A stretch of 63,512 bases of DNA, the filler included, from Octopus bimaculoides (Eukaryota): NCBI RefSeq assembly GCF_001194135.2. It is 6 parts of 6 records of this genome, joined end to end, with 100 filler letters (N's around TTAATTAATTAA, not from the genome) between each part and the next. Parts side by side here need not be neighbours in the genome. Positions count along the whole stretch, not along the records: positions 44,935 to 57,339 come from NC_068988.1; positions 57,440 to 59,713 come from NC_068994.1; positions 59,814 to 63,512 come from NC_069000.1; 3 more parts are not named here. One strand, 5' to 3'. Numbering within the stretch: position 1 is the stretch's first letter; every line of letters starts with the position of its first letter. Below are positions 52,428 through 63,512 of this stretch, piece by piece. The position numbers and the translations under genes are program-made. The notes below the pieces were generated by a model. It searched no databases. It was not told the origin of the DNA and saw only the letters and a program-made list of their open reading frames with translations.

Positions 52428-52698
52428 GCTCGTGAAATTAACGTGCGAGTGGCTGAGCACTGCACAGATACGTGTACCCTTAACGTAGTTCCCAGAGGGA
52501 CATTCAATGTGATACAGAATATGACAGGACTGGCCCTTTGAAATATGGGTACTACTCATTTTGGTCAGCTGAGTGAACAAAGGCAACGTGAAATAAAGTG
52601 TGTTGCTCAAGGACACAACGCGCCGCCAGAAATCGAACTCGCAACCATATGATCGATCGTGAGCCGAATGCCCTAACCACTAAGCCATGCGCCTTCAC
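52428..52698 (-). mobile_element. SINE family C, near full length
   Basis: Reverse complement begins GTGAAGGCGCATGGCTTAGTGGTTAGGGCATTCGGCTCACGATC...GTTCGATTTC...GTTGTGTCCTTGAGCAA. Confidence 0.85.
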
Positions 52699-52710
52699 AC
52701 ACACACACAC

Positions 52711-52945
52711 GTAACAGAGAAAACTGAGAAATATCAGAACCTAACCAAAATGATGTTGAGTTTGTGGAACATAAAGATGAAGATTTTTCCAGTGGTAATT
52801 AGTGATATCAGCACAACACCGAAATTGCTGTTTATTAAAAGGCTGAAGGATGTTGGAATTGGGATACGTACTGTGGATCTTCAGAAAAGTGCCATTCATT
52901 ACTCTCCAAATTTCCTAAGGAAGATACTTGAAATTGCAGGAGACT
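52711..52945 (+). mobile_element. R4/Dong-like C-terminus (restriction-like endonuclease tail) followed by TAA-rich repeats
   Basis: EKTEKYQNLTKMMLSLWNIKMKIFPVVIS...LKDVGIG...LQKSA...FLRKIL resembles EKxxKYxxL...W...PVVIGALG...LQKxAL...ILRKVL. Confidence 0.75.
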
Positions 52946-54232
52946 ATTGTTATCGAAACTCCAGATAATATCCCTGCTAATTTAATTAGCATGTGATAAC
53001 TTTTAATAATGACAGTAATAATAATCATAATAATAATGATGATAATGATGATGATTATAATGATAATAATAATAGCAAAAACAACAGCAGTATATGTGGA
53101 ACAAAACAACAATAATAATAGTTTCCTATAATAATAATAATTATAATAATAGTAATTAATATGAAAATAATGAGGATGGATGTAATTTTTTTTGACTTGG
53201 CCCAAGACCACTGATATTTGAGTCATGATTTTTTATTCAATAAAATGGAAAATTCAGTCCCAACAATATAAACAACAGCAAGGTGAATAATAACAATAAC
53301 AACAATAACAACAACAGCTCACTGCAAACAGGAATGACAATATGATGTCTGGAAAAGATCATGGTGGACATCATTAATGAAACGGTGACTGAAGATCAAT
53401 TTCTTCACGAGACAGGGGAGGGAAACGAAGTATATGAATAAAGCAGACGATAGAGAGAGAGAAGGTAATTAAAATTCAGAGAAACTGTCAGATTAGCTTC
53501 GAATTTTTGACCCCGTAGGAAACCTTTGCTTGAGTTTATAGCAACGGAATAGTTCTGCTGATTCTCTTGTTGTTTAAAGCATAAAGATTAAGAGAAAAGA
53601 AAATGTTTAATTAAGAAAAATGGAAGGGAATTAAATTAAAAAAAAAAATTCATAGAATTAATAAAGGAAATTGAGAAAAAAAAATTCAGTATTCGATTAA
53701 AAGAATTCTCTTCATTTGTTACCAATACAAATGAAATGAAATAAAATAAAATAAGAAATGAAATAGAAAGAATATCAGTGAAAATGTAATAGCTGCTAAC
53801 GTTGTCTTGAGATTTGAGTCAAATCTCGCGAGATGTAGAAGAAAGCATGGACGCCTGATACATGTAGATAGACAATAACGTGAACTTTCCAAGCTAATGT
53901 ATGCTTCGATATATGTTAATACGACTATACGCACATGGAAATATGTGGAACGCATACATGTTTACACGCATGTAAGAAGACATGCACATACATTTACACT
54001 TATGCACTTTCTTTCAGTCTTTATATTTTCTTTCCTTCTGGATGCACATGTTCCTCTTTCATTTCTCATTCCGTTTGTCTATGTGACTCCTACACACATA
54101 GACGCGCGCGGGCGAGCACGCAGACCCCCCCCCCACTCTCTCTTAAATATCCAGCCTTTTGTTCTAGTTCTGATAATATATATTATGGTGATACACAAAA
54201 AAGCCTCATAACTAGACAGATAAATATAACGA

Positions 54233-54271
<39 letters not shown>

Positions 54272-54329
54272 CGCGCATGCGCAATGTTTGGTTTTGAGTG
54301 TGCCGACTACACTGTATAGTAGGGGCAGC

Positions 54330-55108
54330 TGGGCACCGTCTGTAAGAAAAACTGCACCATGACGTAATTCGCTCTGTCAGAGATTTGAAAATGATATGCT
54401 ATATTGCTTGGCATTTGCACCGGAAGTTCCAATACGAACTTTTCAGACTGTTTGGATGTCAATCTGAGGACATGTACCCAGAGTGATAAAAATCAAACAC
54501 CCAGTCAACATCATGGTATTTGGAGTGATCACTAGTGATGGCAACATTGTGCGTCCATTCATCTTTCCACACGGCCACACACTCAACACGGAGGCTTACA
54601 TCATGTGTCTGGACGATATGGAGCTGCCCTGTGTCAAAAGGATGGCTGCTAGAAGACCCTACGTCTGGCAAGAGGACTCCGCACCATGCCACACAAGCAG
54701 GAGAACCCAGTCGTGGCTGTCAGACAATTTCTGCGACCGCATCGCCCCTAACATCTGACCACCTAACTCCCCCGATTGCAACCCATTTGATTATGTGTGG
54801 GGTGCACTAAACTCCTTGTAACACCAAAGATGAACCGAAGTCAAAGATTATGGCAGCATTCACCTACTTAGACAAGGAGACTGTCCAGAATTCACAAACT
54901 TAAAGAAGGAGACCGTCCGAAGTCGTTTGGAGGCCGTGATTTGAAGCCAATGACAATTTTATTCAATAATTTTACACTTATAATAAATTTATTCTTTAAT
55001 ATTTCAAGATATTTTGTATGCAATTTTGGTAAATGTATCTGTTAAAATGAGACGTCAGTGTCATTTTCATTTTTGTGTAGTTTAGACGACAGTTTATTCA
55101 CCGCACCC

Positions 55109-55110
<2 letters not shown>
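54330..55110 (+). mobile_element. maT (DD37D) Tc1/mariner transposon, internally deleted and pseudogenised
   Basis: KHPVNIMVFGVITSDG...YVWQEDSAPCHTSRRTQSWLSDNFCDRIAPNI*PPNSPDCNPFD has exactly 37 residues between the second and third Asp, counting the stop as W. Right end ...CACCGCACCCTG (reverse complement CAGGGTGCGGTG). Confidence 0.9.
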
Positions 55111-55172
<62 letters not shown>

Positions 55173-55599
55173 AATCTATTACCTATGTGCGCACGTACGT
55201 ATCTGCATACATACATATATACATACATACATACATATATACATACATACATGCATGCATACATACACACAATGAAGGTTTGCTGACCATTCCAAAGAAT
55301 CTCCATTTGAATTTCATCAATGAAATTATGCACAACATCCCAAGTTCATACATGACATGCTCACAAATACATAAAGAGTTCTTGCACACACTCGTATACT
55401 AAAGAGATATGTACGTTTATTATATTAGTGCAAGCATATTCACACATTCATATATATATATATATGCACATAATCACACACCTACACGAATTTACAAATC
55501 TCTGGAATTACCTTGACTCGAACACAAAGACCTGTGACTTTGTTATTGAGTGGATCGAATTCTATGAGAACGTTAAATATATCACAACAAAAGAAACAC

Positions 55600-55865
55600 A
55601 TTCATACGTACATTGAAGGAACATTTTTCAATCAAGGAATAGAAAGTAACATACCTGATGCATGAAAAGGATGAGGGTCCCGTCAAATCTCCTAAATGCG
55701 ATAATAAATGTAGGCAATATGGAATTAACACCGAAGATGTGAACAACATCATAGGCTGCAGTCTAAAAATGTTCTCATTGTTGTATTTACATACGAAGTA
55801 TATAATGTTGTGGCCCAAAACAGCCTATAATTTAATTGCAGGAAAAAAGAACCAGCAACTGTTTC
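55600..55865 (+). mobile_element. R4/Dong-like zinc-knuckle fragment
   Basis: CDNKCRQYGINTEDVNNIIGCSLKM...YNVVA resembles CRLC...ExxxHIxxGC...RHNxVA, degenerate. Confidence 0.55.
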
Positions 55866-55959
55866 ACTAGCGTTTGAAAATATGAAAGTAAAAACATAAT
55901 TGGGATGATTAATGAAACTGAGTGATGGCACGAAATAGAAGTTAATAGGCATACCTGCC

Positions 55960-56181
55960 TCTTCTCTCCACGCCACCAGTGTTATCCAACAGAAAGGCAA
56001 AGGCAGAGATGCAGCTTGGCACCTGTGACGTCGTAACTCATTTCTACAGCTGAGTGAACTGGAGCAACGTAATATAAAGTGTCTTGCTCAAGAACACAAC
56101 ACACAGCCCCGTCCGAGATTCGGATTCACAATCTTACGATCGTAAGATCGACGATCTAACTACTGAGTCATGCGCCTTCAC
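55960..56181 (-). mobile_element. SINE family C
   Basis: Same head and CORE-like segment as 52428-52698. Confidence 0.8.
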
Positions 56182-56182
56182 G

Positions 56183-56227
<45 letters not shown>

Positions 56228-56535
56228 NNNNNNNNNNNNNNNNNNNNNNNNNNNNNNNNNNNNNNNNNNNNNNNNNNNNNNNNNNNNNNNNNNNNNNNNN
56301 NNNNNNNNNNNNNNNNNNNNNNNNNNNNNNNNNNNNNNNNNNNNNNNNNNNNNNNNNNNNNNNNNNNNNNNNNNNNNNNNNNNNNNNNNNNNNNNNNNNN
56401 NNNNNNNNNNNNNNNNNNNNNNNNNNNNNNNNNNNNNNNNNNNNNNNNNNNNNNNNNNNNNNNNNNNNNNNNATACATACATACATATACACGCATACAC
56501 ATTTATATATATATATATATACATTCACGCGCACA

Positions 56536-56576
<41 letters not shown>

Positions 56577-57464
56577 TTTGGACCCCATACATTACACGAA
56601 AGTCATATAAATACTACGAACATACGATTGTAGCCATCAAGGATGTATTGCACAGCGGAGAGACAAATACATGAAAACATTGTTCATTTATTATAAAAGC
56701 CCGAATCTGTAACGTTACAAAAGCATGAAATAATGGGTCCCATCCACTGAACTTTTTCCAGGAATCGAAACTGAATTAATACCAACGAAATAAATCAGGA
56801 ACTCCCCAATTCCATCCATAGTTGACTTTCGACAATTCTTGTAGATGTTCAATAACTCAAGCTGAGTTTTCAATTATTCTTTGTTAGATTACTCTTGGTC
56901 AGTCCATGTGTCGTCTGCTTGAATTATAGTGACAAGGGCTAATAATATTGTTTGAAGGAAGTGACGGTGTCATGTTTTCTGTCTTTTTTTGTTGCTGTTT
57001 TTTTTTTGTTTCATTATTATCTATAATCTTATAGCTTTTATATCTAATCTTCGACCATGAAATAGAGATGTCTGTTACCATAACGACAGTCGATACCACT
57101 ATAACAACTCTTTAAATCAACAGTCCTAGCGCCACACTACTAGGACTACCACCGTCAAAAACACCACCACCACCACCACCATCTTCACCGCCGCCGCCAC
57201 GACTTCATCCATCACTACTATCATCATCGCCGCTGCCACCACCATGATCGTCATCACGACGACGACGACCACCACCACCACCATCACCACCACCACCACC
57301 ACCACCATCACCACCACCACCACCATCACCATGATCGTCNNNNNNNNNNNNNNNNNNNNNNNNNNNNNNNNNNNNNNNNNNNNTTAATTAATTAANNNNN
57401 NNNNNNNNNNNNNNNNNNNNNNNNNNNNNNNNNNNNNNNGTTGATTAGGACTTGGCCAAAGAAA

Positions 57465-58340
57465 AAAGTGTCTGTCTTTAGCCCTTTCATACTACCTCTT
57501 TCACTCCAGCCACCAGACAAATAAAAATTGCTTTCCTCTCCTAGCCAAAAGAGGGCAGCGGGGCAGTCTTCAAAATGGATTCAGCTGATAGTCAGATCTG
57601 TCCTACACACGACAGCAGGTGTTCGACATAAATCCACGGGTCAGCAATACTCAGGCACTGGACTAGAGTGTGCAGAACGGTTTCATCGTTCTGGGCGCAC
57701 CTCGAGCATACCCGGCTGACAGCACTTCCGTGCCTGTAAAGTTTATCCCGAACAGGCAGCGCACCTCGGTAGCACTGCCAGGTAAGGGATTTCTGGAAGT
57801 TATCCACAGGCCCAAGCCCGAAAGTTCTTTGAAACAAACCGGTCAGTTGGTCTTCATCGACGCCCAGAGTTTCCCCGAGAACGTCGTCGCACTTTCCTCC
57901 CACTAGCCTTCTATAGAACGCTAGAGTGGAACTACCACTGACTGCATTACCTACATGGCGGTGGGCTCTGAGTGCTTGATGGCACTCGAGGTGCCAAGCG
58001 CTTCTTCTCGGCCCATTTCAGGGTGAGATTGGCTACCCTGCTCGTTACCTCGTCCCAGTCTTTCTCTAGCTGGAAGTCCGGACCAGACCAGACTCCGAGC
58101 AACTTAACGGGACCGTCTGTCCAGCGCCCTACCACGCTGTTGGACGGCATGGACTTGCCTCTGCAGGTGCCGAGTTGCAACCCCACTGACTTTTCCGCGT
58201 TAATTTTTGCTCCTGTCACCGCTTCATATTCCTGTAGTGCTTCGTCAATCAGGTCTATATGCCTGTGGCTCGACACTATGACACACTTCTCCCGCATCCC
58301 AGTTGACACGGGACACCCCACAAAGCCTCCAGCTTCTGTA
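57465..58340 (-). mobile_element. Tx1/L1-clade retrotransposon ORF2 3' portion, internally deleted
   Basis: YEAVTGAKINAEKSVGLQLG...VKLLGVWSG (RT end/thumb) and GALPVRDKLYRHG...CSRCAQNDETVLHTLVQC (C-terminal CCHC). Confidence 0.9.
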
Positions 58341-58341
58341 G

Positions 58342-58413
<72 letters not shown>

Positions 58414-58415
<2 letters not shown>

Positions 58416-58969
58416 GCCCAGATGCAGTACCAGGCAGTGGTTCTCATGACTTCTGATCTTAATTGATTGGAAGTGTTATCATGTACGTTGTTTTGTCTTG
58501 GTATAAAAGATGGGCTACAGCAAATATTCTGCTTAATACCACAGATTTGCTTGTCAGTTGTTTGACCTTAACCAGTTGAGCATGTCCCTTGGTGACTGAT
58601 GATATGTGCATCTCTGATCACGAGCAGAAGTAGTGGGGGAGCATCATAGCCATGTGTTGAGAGGAGTTCTTTGGAGTTTGAATTATTCACCTTTGGAAAC
58701 ATAGGTATTTTGCTCAACATCCTTAAACAAATCTTATTCAGGGACCTTTTGATCGGGATGGACTACTCGACCTGAAAAAAATTCTAGCTGGGCCCCACCT
58801 GCGAGATCATGCGCTGTTTATCTTGATATGAGATCACCATGTCGTGCACATATGGTTGTGATGCATGTGCCTGGTGTACCCTTATCAGACGGGTAGTCAT
58901 GATGGGTATATTGGGCTTTGTATATTTTACCCCAGCGTCACTTTGATGTCATGCATTGTTCTCTCACTC
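58414..58969 (+). mobile_element. 556-bp non-coding interspersed element bounded on both sides by (TAA)n
   Basis: Sharp boundaries with (TAA)n at 58348-58413 and 58970-59053; no recognisable ORF. Strand assignment is a guess. Confidence 0.55.
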
Positions 58970-58987
58970 AATAATAATAATAATAAC

Positions 58988-59053
<66 letters not shown>

Positions 59054-59199
59054 CAGGCATAACTTGGCGATCGGTCGACTTACAACACCGTTTTTCGTCT
59101 TTAGTTTACTTGGTAAGGTATGTTTGTTAACTCGACAAAAAGGTGAATTCTGATCGGCTGTATGCAAATGAGTTCATTGCTGGAATCCGGAATTCTGGT

Positions 59200-59490
59200 G
59201 GGAAAAGTGTCACGGTCAATTTGCAAGAGATGTGAAATACAGAGGACAGGTGGCTATGGATGAGGAGGAGTGACCTGAAGATAGAGACAGAAGAACTCAT
59301 ATGCACAGCTCAGGAACAAGCGTTAAGGACCAACTCTTCACAAAGGTAAACAGTCAAGACGATTGTAATAGATATTTTATTGGTAGAAACGATATTTCAA
59401 CAGGACTTAGCTATTGAATGAAAGAATCTATGAAAAGTGCGGGTAAAACATGTCCCAGTTGTTATAGGTGCATGGGGAACTGTGGTATGA
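59200..59490 (+). mobile_element. R4/Dong-like C-terminal fragment, internally deleted
   Basis: HGQFARD, WLWMRRSDLKIETEELICTAQEQALRTN, then QDLAIE*KNL*KVRVKHVPVVIGAWGTV. Confidence 0.8.
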
Positions 59491-59494
59491 CGTC

Positions 59495-59713
59495 AGTGTC
59501 TGGGGAGGCTGACCGGAAGGGCGAGTCGACCGGAAGGGGAAACAGGGCAGAGGGAGCCTCGATCGGTGTTCGTGCCCTTTTCGAACGGGGCTGCGGTCAG
59601 GACAAGACGTGTTAAGCGACGGTCTAGGTTTGGGAAGGTTTGGGAGAAGCAGCTGCTATACCTGGTGTACCTTGGGTCGGGGAAAGCTTCAAGGATCGGA
59701 TACCGAAAGACGG
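59495..59713 (+). mobile_element. Possible Tx1-like endonuclease-end fragment
   Basis: GC-rich; LDRCSCPF...CTLGRGKLQGS/GYRK loosely resembles the DH...GYWKLN junction after the APE domain. Confidence 0.35.
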
Positions 59714-62699
59714 NNNNNNNNNNNNNNNNNNNNNNNNNNNNNNNNNNNNNNNNNNNNTTAATTAATTAANNNNNNNNNNNNNNNNNNNNNNNNNNNNNNN
59801 NNNNNNNNNNNNNTTGATTGGAGTTTGCACAATACTACATAAACATAAACACACATACTCTCAGTGTATGAATTGTACGTGATTGAAATATCTAATGGTA
59901 AGTGGAGATATTTAAAGCAGCAGAGATGGTGTTTACTCTTTTACACATGGACGCATATTTAATTACAATTATTACTCCGATCGTCGATTGTTTCGGAGCG
60001 TGTTGGAGGAAAAACAAATTTTTATACAAACAGCAGCTTCTAAATGATCGGGACTTGTGCAATTATATTAGCAACACATTAACCATCCAATTATTACTTA
60101 CAAATTTTCCTTAGATAGTTCAGCTGCCGTAGAATAAGGAATATCCCGAAGAGCAAAAAAAAATAATTTTTTCTGGCGGGTCAATAACATTTAGTGAAAT
60201 GTTTTTTCCACATGGAAGAGTTATTCAAGGGTAAGTAACTCTTCCTCCACCAAGAGCAGCAAGAAGGTCTCATTCCTATCTTTCGTTATTAGACGTTATC
60301 CATAAGCGATTCCAAAGAAGGGGAATAATCGGAAGACAAAGATTTTTTTTTTTATGGGCTTCTGAAAAGGAAACTTTTTAAGAAAGAATAGTGACAGTAT
60401 GTTAAGTTTGTTGTCGGCATTATCAAATTAAATCTCTATAGTGTGTACAATTAGGTTTGCCTTAACATTAATTAGAGTCGGCTTAGCAATCATCACGGTA
60501 GTGGATCAGTGGAAGACTTGCGGTATTTAGTTACGTCCCTTTATATTCCGTGTTCGACATGCTTTTCATTCTTTCAAGTTCCTCAAAACAGGTCTCGAAC
60601 TAGGATCGAGTTAATCCCTCTAGTTCGAGGTTTTGCGCCTGTCCAAAATCACTAATTAGACTATTATGAACAAGATTCACCCCCCCCCCACTTTCCTTCG
60701 AGAAGTTATTATTTTCCTCAATTGTTCTTATTCTCTAAAGATAAATAACACTTTTTGTCTATAAATTGCTCTGCAAGACCTGCTTAAAACTGACGTGGCA
60801 TTATTACTTTCAGAAATCAAAATGGACAACTGGTTATTATGTTTAAGGTAATAATTTATGTGAACCAAAAGAATAATTGTGGGATTTCCGAATAGCTGTC
60901 TCTCAAAATCCTGTAGTTGTTTACTTTCATTTTTTTTTCAAAGTAATTTTGTGTTTTATATAACGGGAATTCCATTAATAAATTTTTTTTCTCCAAAAAT
61001 TTTATTAAAATTATTTTTTTAAAAACATTTCCCCCTTCCCTTTCCCTTTCCCATAAGAAGCAGAATTTCTAAGAATAGCTATTCCAGAACAACGTCAGAA
61101 CAACTTTTGTACCAAGCTGTTTACTATGTTTGAGATACTGCAATAACCAAATGGATAAAGTGTAGGCCACTCAGTTTAAAGTTCTTATCCCAGTTCTTAT
61201 CAATTACTGACCCTCTACAAAATCTAGCTCAGTGCCACTGCTGTGCGCACAAATATTTTGGATTGCATCTTACTGATTAGGAAAGACTTACTCACCAACA
61301 TACAACAACTTTTGGTCTACAAACAGGTCTCTTCCTTTGGATTCTACTTCTCCACCTGTTTTGTCCTCTTATTTCTCAATATCCTGCACTCAAGATTATA
61401 CCTAATCCTTCCTTCTCAGACTCTAGAATTCCTATCCACTCCAACATCCTGTAGATTTCAACTTAGTACTGTACTAGCTGAACATAAACTGTTTGATTTC
61501 ATCAATCTCGGCAGACTCATGAAGGTCATGGGCACAACCTTTTCACTTAACATAAATCCACATGCTTTGCCATTCCACTACTTCCTAGGCTCTAAGGCAT
61601 TTCAAGTCAGCTAAATGGTTGAAGCTCCTATAGTTTTATTCTGTCACAGACAGAAAATGTCTATCAGATAACTGAAACTGTTCTCTGAAGCATGTTCCTT
61701 CATATTTCTCACATAACCAGACTCATAACCTCAAAGCTCTCAAACAATTTATATATACCTGTGTTGCAGGTAAAGAAAATTGCCTATAATGCTTGGGGAA
61801 AAAACTTCACTTTCTCAACCAACTAGATGGCATTTCCCACTCCTGTAACTCTTTCAAAACTACCATCCATAAGTTGTTGTGGAAGTTAGTATGCTGCCAA
61901 GCCATTAAAATATTCCATTTATAACTATCAAGAAAGAAAACATGCTACTTTTATATTTTAATTGCAGATGAACATTTATATCTGTAATCATTGGTGCACT
62001 TAATTATTTTACTAAATACTTAATCGTTTCAATACTAAGTACTACAAATATGAAATATTTGCAAAGTTTCAGGCAAAGAAAATTACCATATAACACATTG
62101 ATTCCCAAATTTAAACCAGTACAACTAACTGTGGCAAAAAGATAACCAACTGTGACCTATTTTTTTGATACTTGAATAAAAACAATTTTCAAAAATTTTT
62201 TAAAAATTTTGATAAAATTAACATCTGAATTAAAGATTATTTTTCATGGGGAAATATTCTTCAATTTTTTTTAGACTAAGTTTTGTGATGTAGCCCTTAT
62301 GCTGACCTATGGTTTATTGTATAACATATTTATGAACAGCTTTGCAATTCTTTCAAAATTATACCATGACCAGTGGGTTGGGAACTGCTGTTGTAATGTA
62401 TATAACACAAATCCATTTGTCAGTGGAAGAGTGAAAAGGCATAAGATTCTATAAAGTCATTTCTATCTATATTCTAATGGGAATGATTTGTTTCAACTCT
62501 TTTATTTATATATTTTGCTTCAAATATGATGAGCATTCCTCCTCTGAAGATTTCTTCTGCTGTCCACTTGCCCCAAAGCAAGTTTCCACTGACTATGCAT
62601 GCACGCACGTGCGCACACACACACACACACACACACACATACATATAAANNNNNNNNNNACACACACACACACACACACGTGTATATATGTGTGTGAGG

Positions 62700-63058
62700 T
62701 GGTGAAGCATGATCTTCGGATGTTGAGTCTCACAGAGGCAATGACAAGTGATTGAGACCTTTGGCGATTTGCTGTGCTTGAGAAGATGTATCAGGTCTAG
62801 TGAAATATCATGTTATGGCCAGTGCAAATGACACATAAGAGGCACCCTGCTGGTGACACATAAAAAGCACTCATGCCAGTGACACGTAAAAGGCACCCAC
62901 TACACTCTTGGAGTGGTTGGTATTAGGAAGGGCATCCAGCTGTAGAAACCAAAGCCAAAACAGACTAGAGCTAGGTATAGCTCTCCAGCTTACCAGTTCC
63001 AGTCAAACCATCTAACCCATACGAGCATGTAAAATGGACGCTAGATGATGATAATGAT

Positions 63059-63060
<2 letters not shown>
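62700..63060 (+). mobile_element. SINE/LINE remnant with RTE-type 3' tail
   Basis: GGAGTGGTTGGTATTAGGAAGGGCATCCAGCTGTAGAAAC...CCAGTCAAACCATCTAACCCAT...AAAATGGACGCTAGATGATGAT, with a (GAT)n tail. Confidence 0.65.
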
Positions 63061-63089
<29 letters not shown>

Positions 63090-63512
63090 GCAAGAAGAAA
63101 ATAGAGGAAAAATAACAGGAAGAAGTTGGTCGTTTGTAAGACTCACCATTCTTTGTCTTTATTCTTGTTACCAATAGATCCCTATGTCTTTCGCTCTTCT
63201 TACCTCTACATATAACTATGCATTCTGATGATGTCTACCAGTACAACTGGTAAACAGAAACGACCATAAATGTACTATTACTACCAATTTTCTTTATTAA
63301 TTAATTAAATTAATGGCTTACTAGTGCAAACAACCTGTTATTTTTCCTTCGTTTTCTTCTTGCATATAATTTAAACTACGGTTTACCTGCTGAATTACCT
63401 GCTACTGTATACATTTTACCAAGGACTGTACCTACACAGCTAATCACCAAGAGCGTCTTTGGATTTAACCATCCCTTAGAGGCTTTAAACACCTCTAATT
63501 TATACCTATATA

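Noticed and set aside
52620-52698. tRNA-like sequences here and at 4.5, 10.7, 20.05, 20.7, 29.9, 34.8 and 56.1 kb
   Set aside because: They are SINE heads: no complete cloverleaf, and they run into SINE bodies.
61243-61614. 123-aa plus-strand ORF
   Set aside because: Non-ATG start, Leu/Ser/Phe-rich composition typical of antisense or non-coding pyrimidine-rich DNA, and no recognisable domain.

Overview
AT-rich, microsatellite-dense eukaryotic DNA with many N gaps. The SINE families, simple-repeat load and transposon set suggest an octopus genome, probably Octopus bimaculoides; this is an inference. No complete protein-coding gene, rRNA, true tRNA or CRISPR array is supported, and most ORFs in the track are microsatellite or N read-throughs. 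Most recognisable coding signal is decayed mobile DNA: a Helitron PIF1 fragment, two DD37D (maT) Tc1/mariner remnants, Tx1/L1 fragments, at least six R4/Dong-like fragments (several next to (TAA)n), a probable RTE C-terminal zinc finger, and many tRNA-derived SINEs. The most striking structure is a Penelope-like element (PLE) cluster at about 36.2-42.2 kb. It has three C-terminal GIY-YIG endonuclease ends, each followed by a type I hammerhead ribozyme motif, plus an oppositely oriented RT N-terminal fragment. The hammerhead at 38562-38656 (minus strand) has a complete catalytic core. Other observations are a two-copy hammerhead-like repeat with a non-canonical core, two long hairpins, a MITE-like element, and several weak candidate plus-strand exons of an unidentified host gene.
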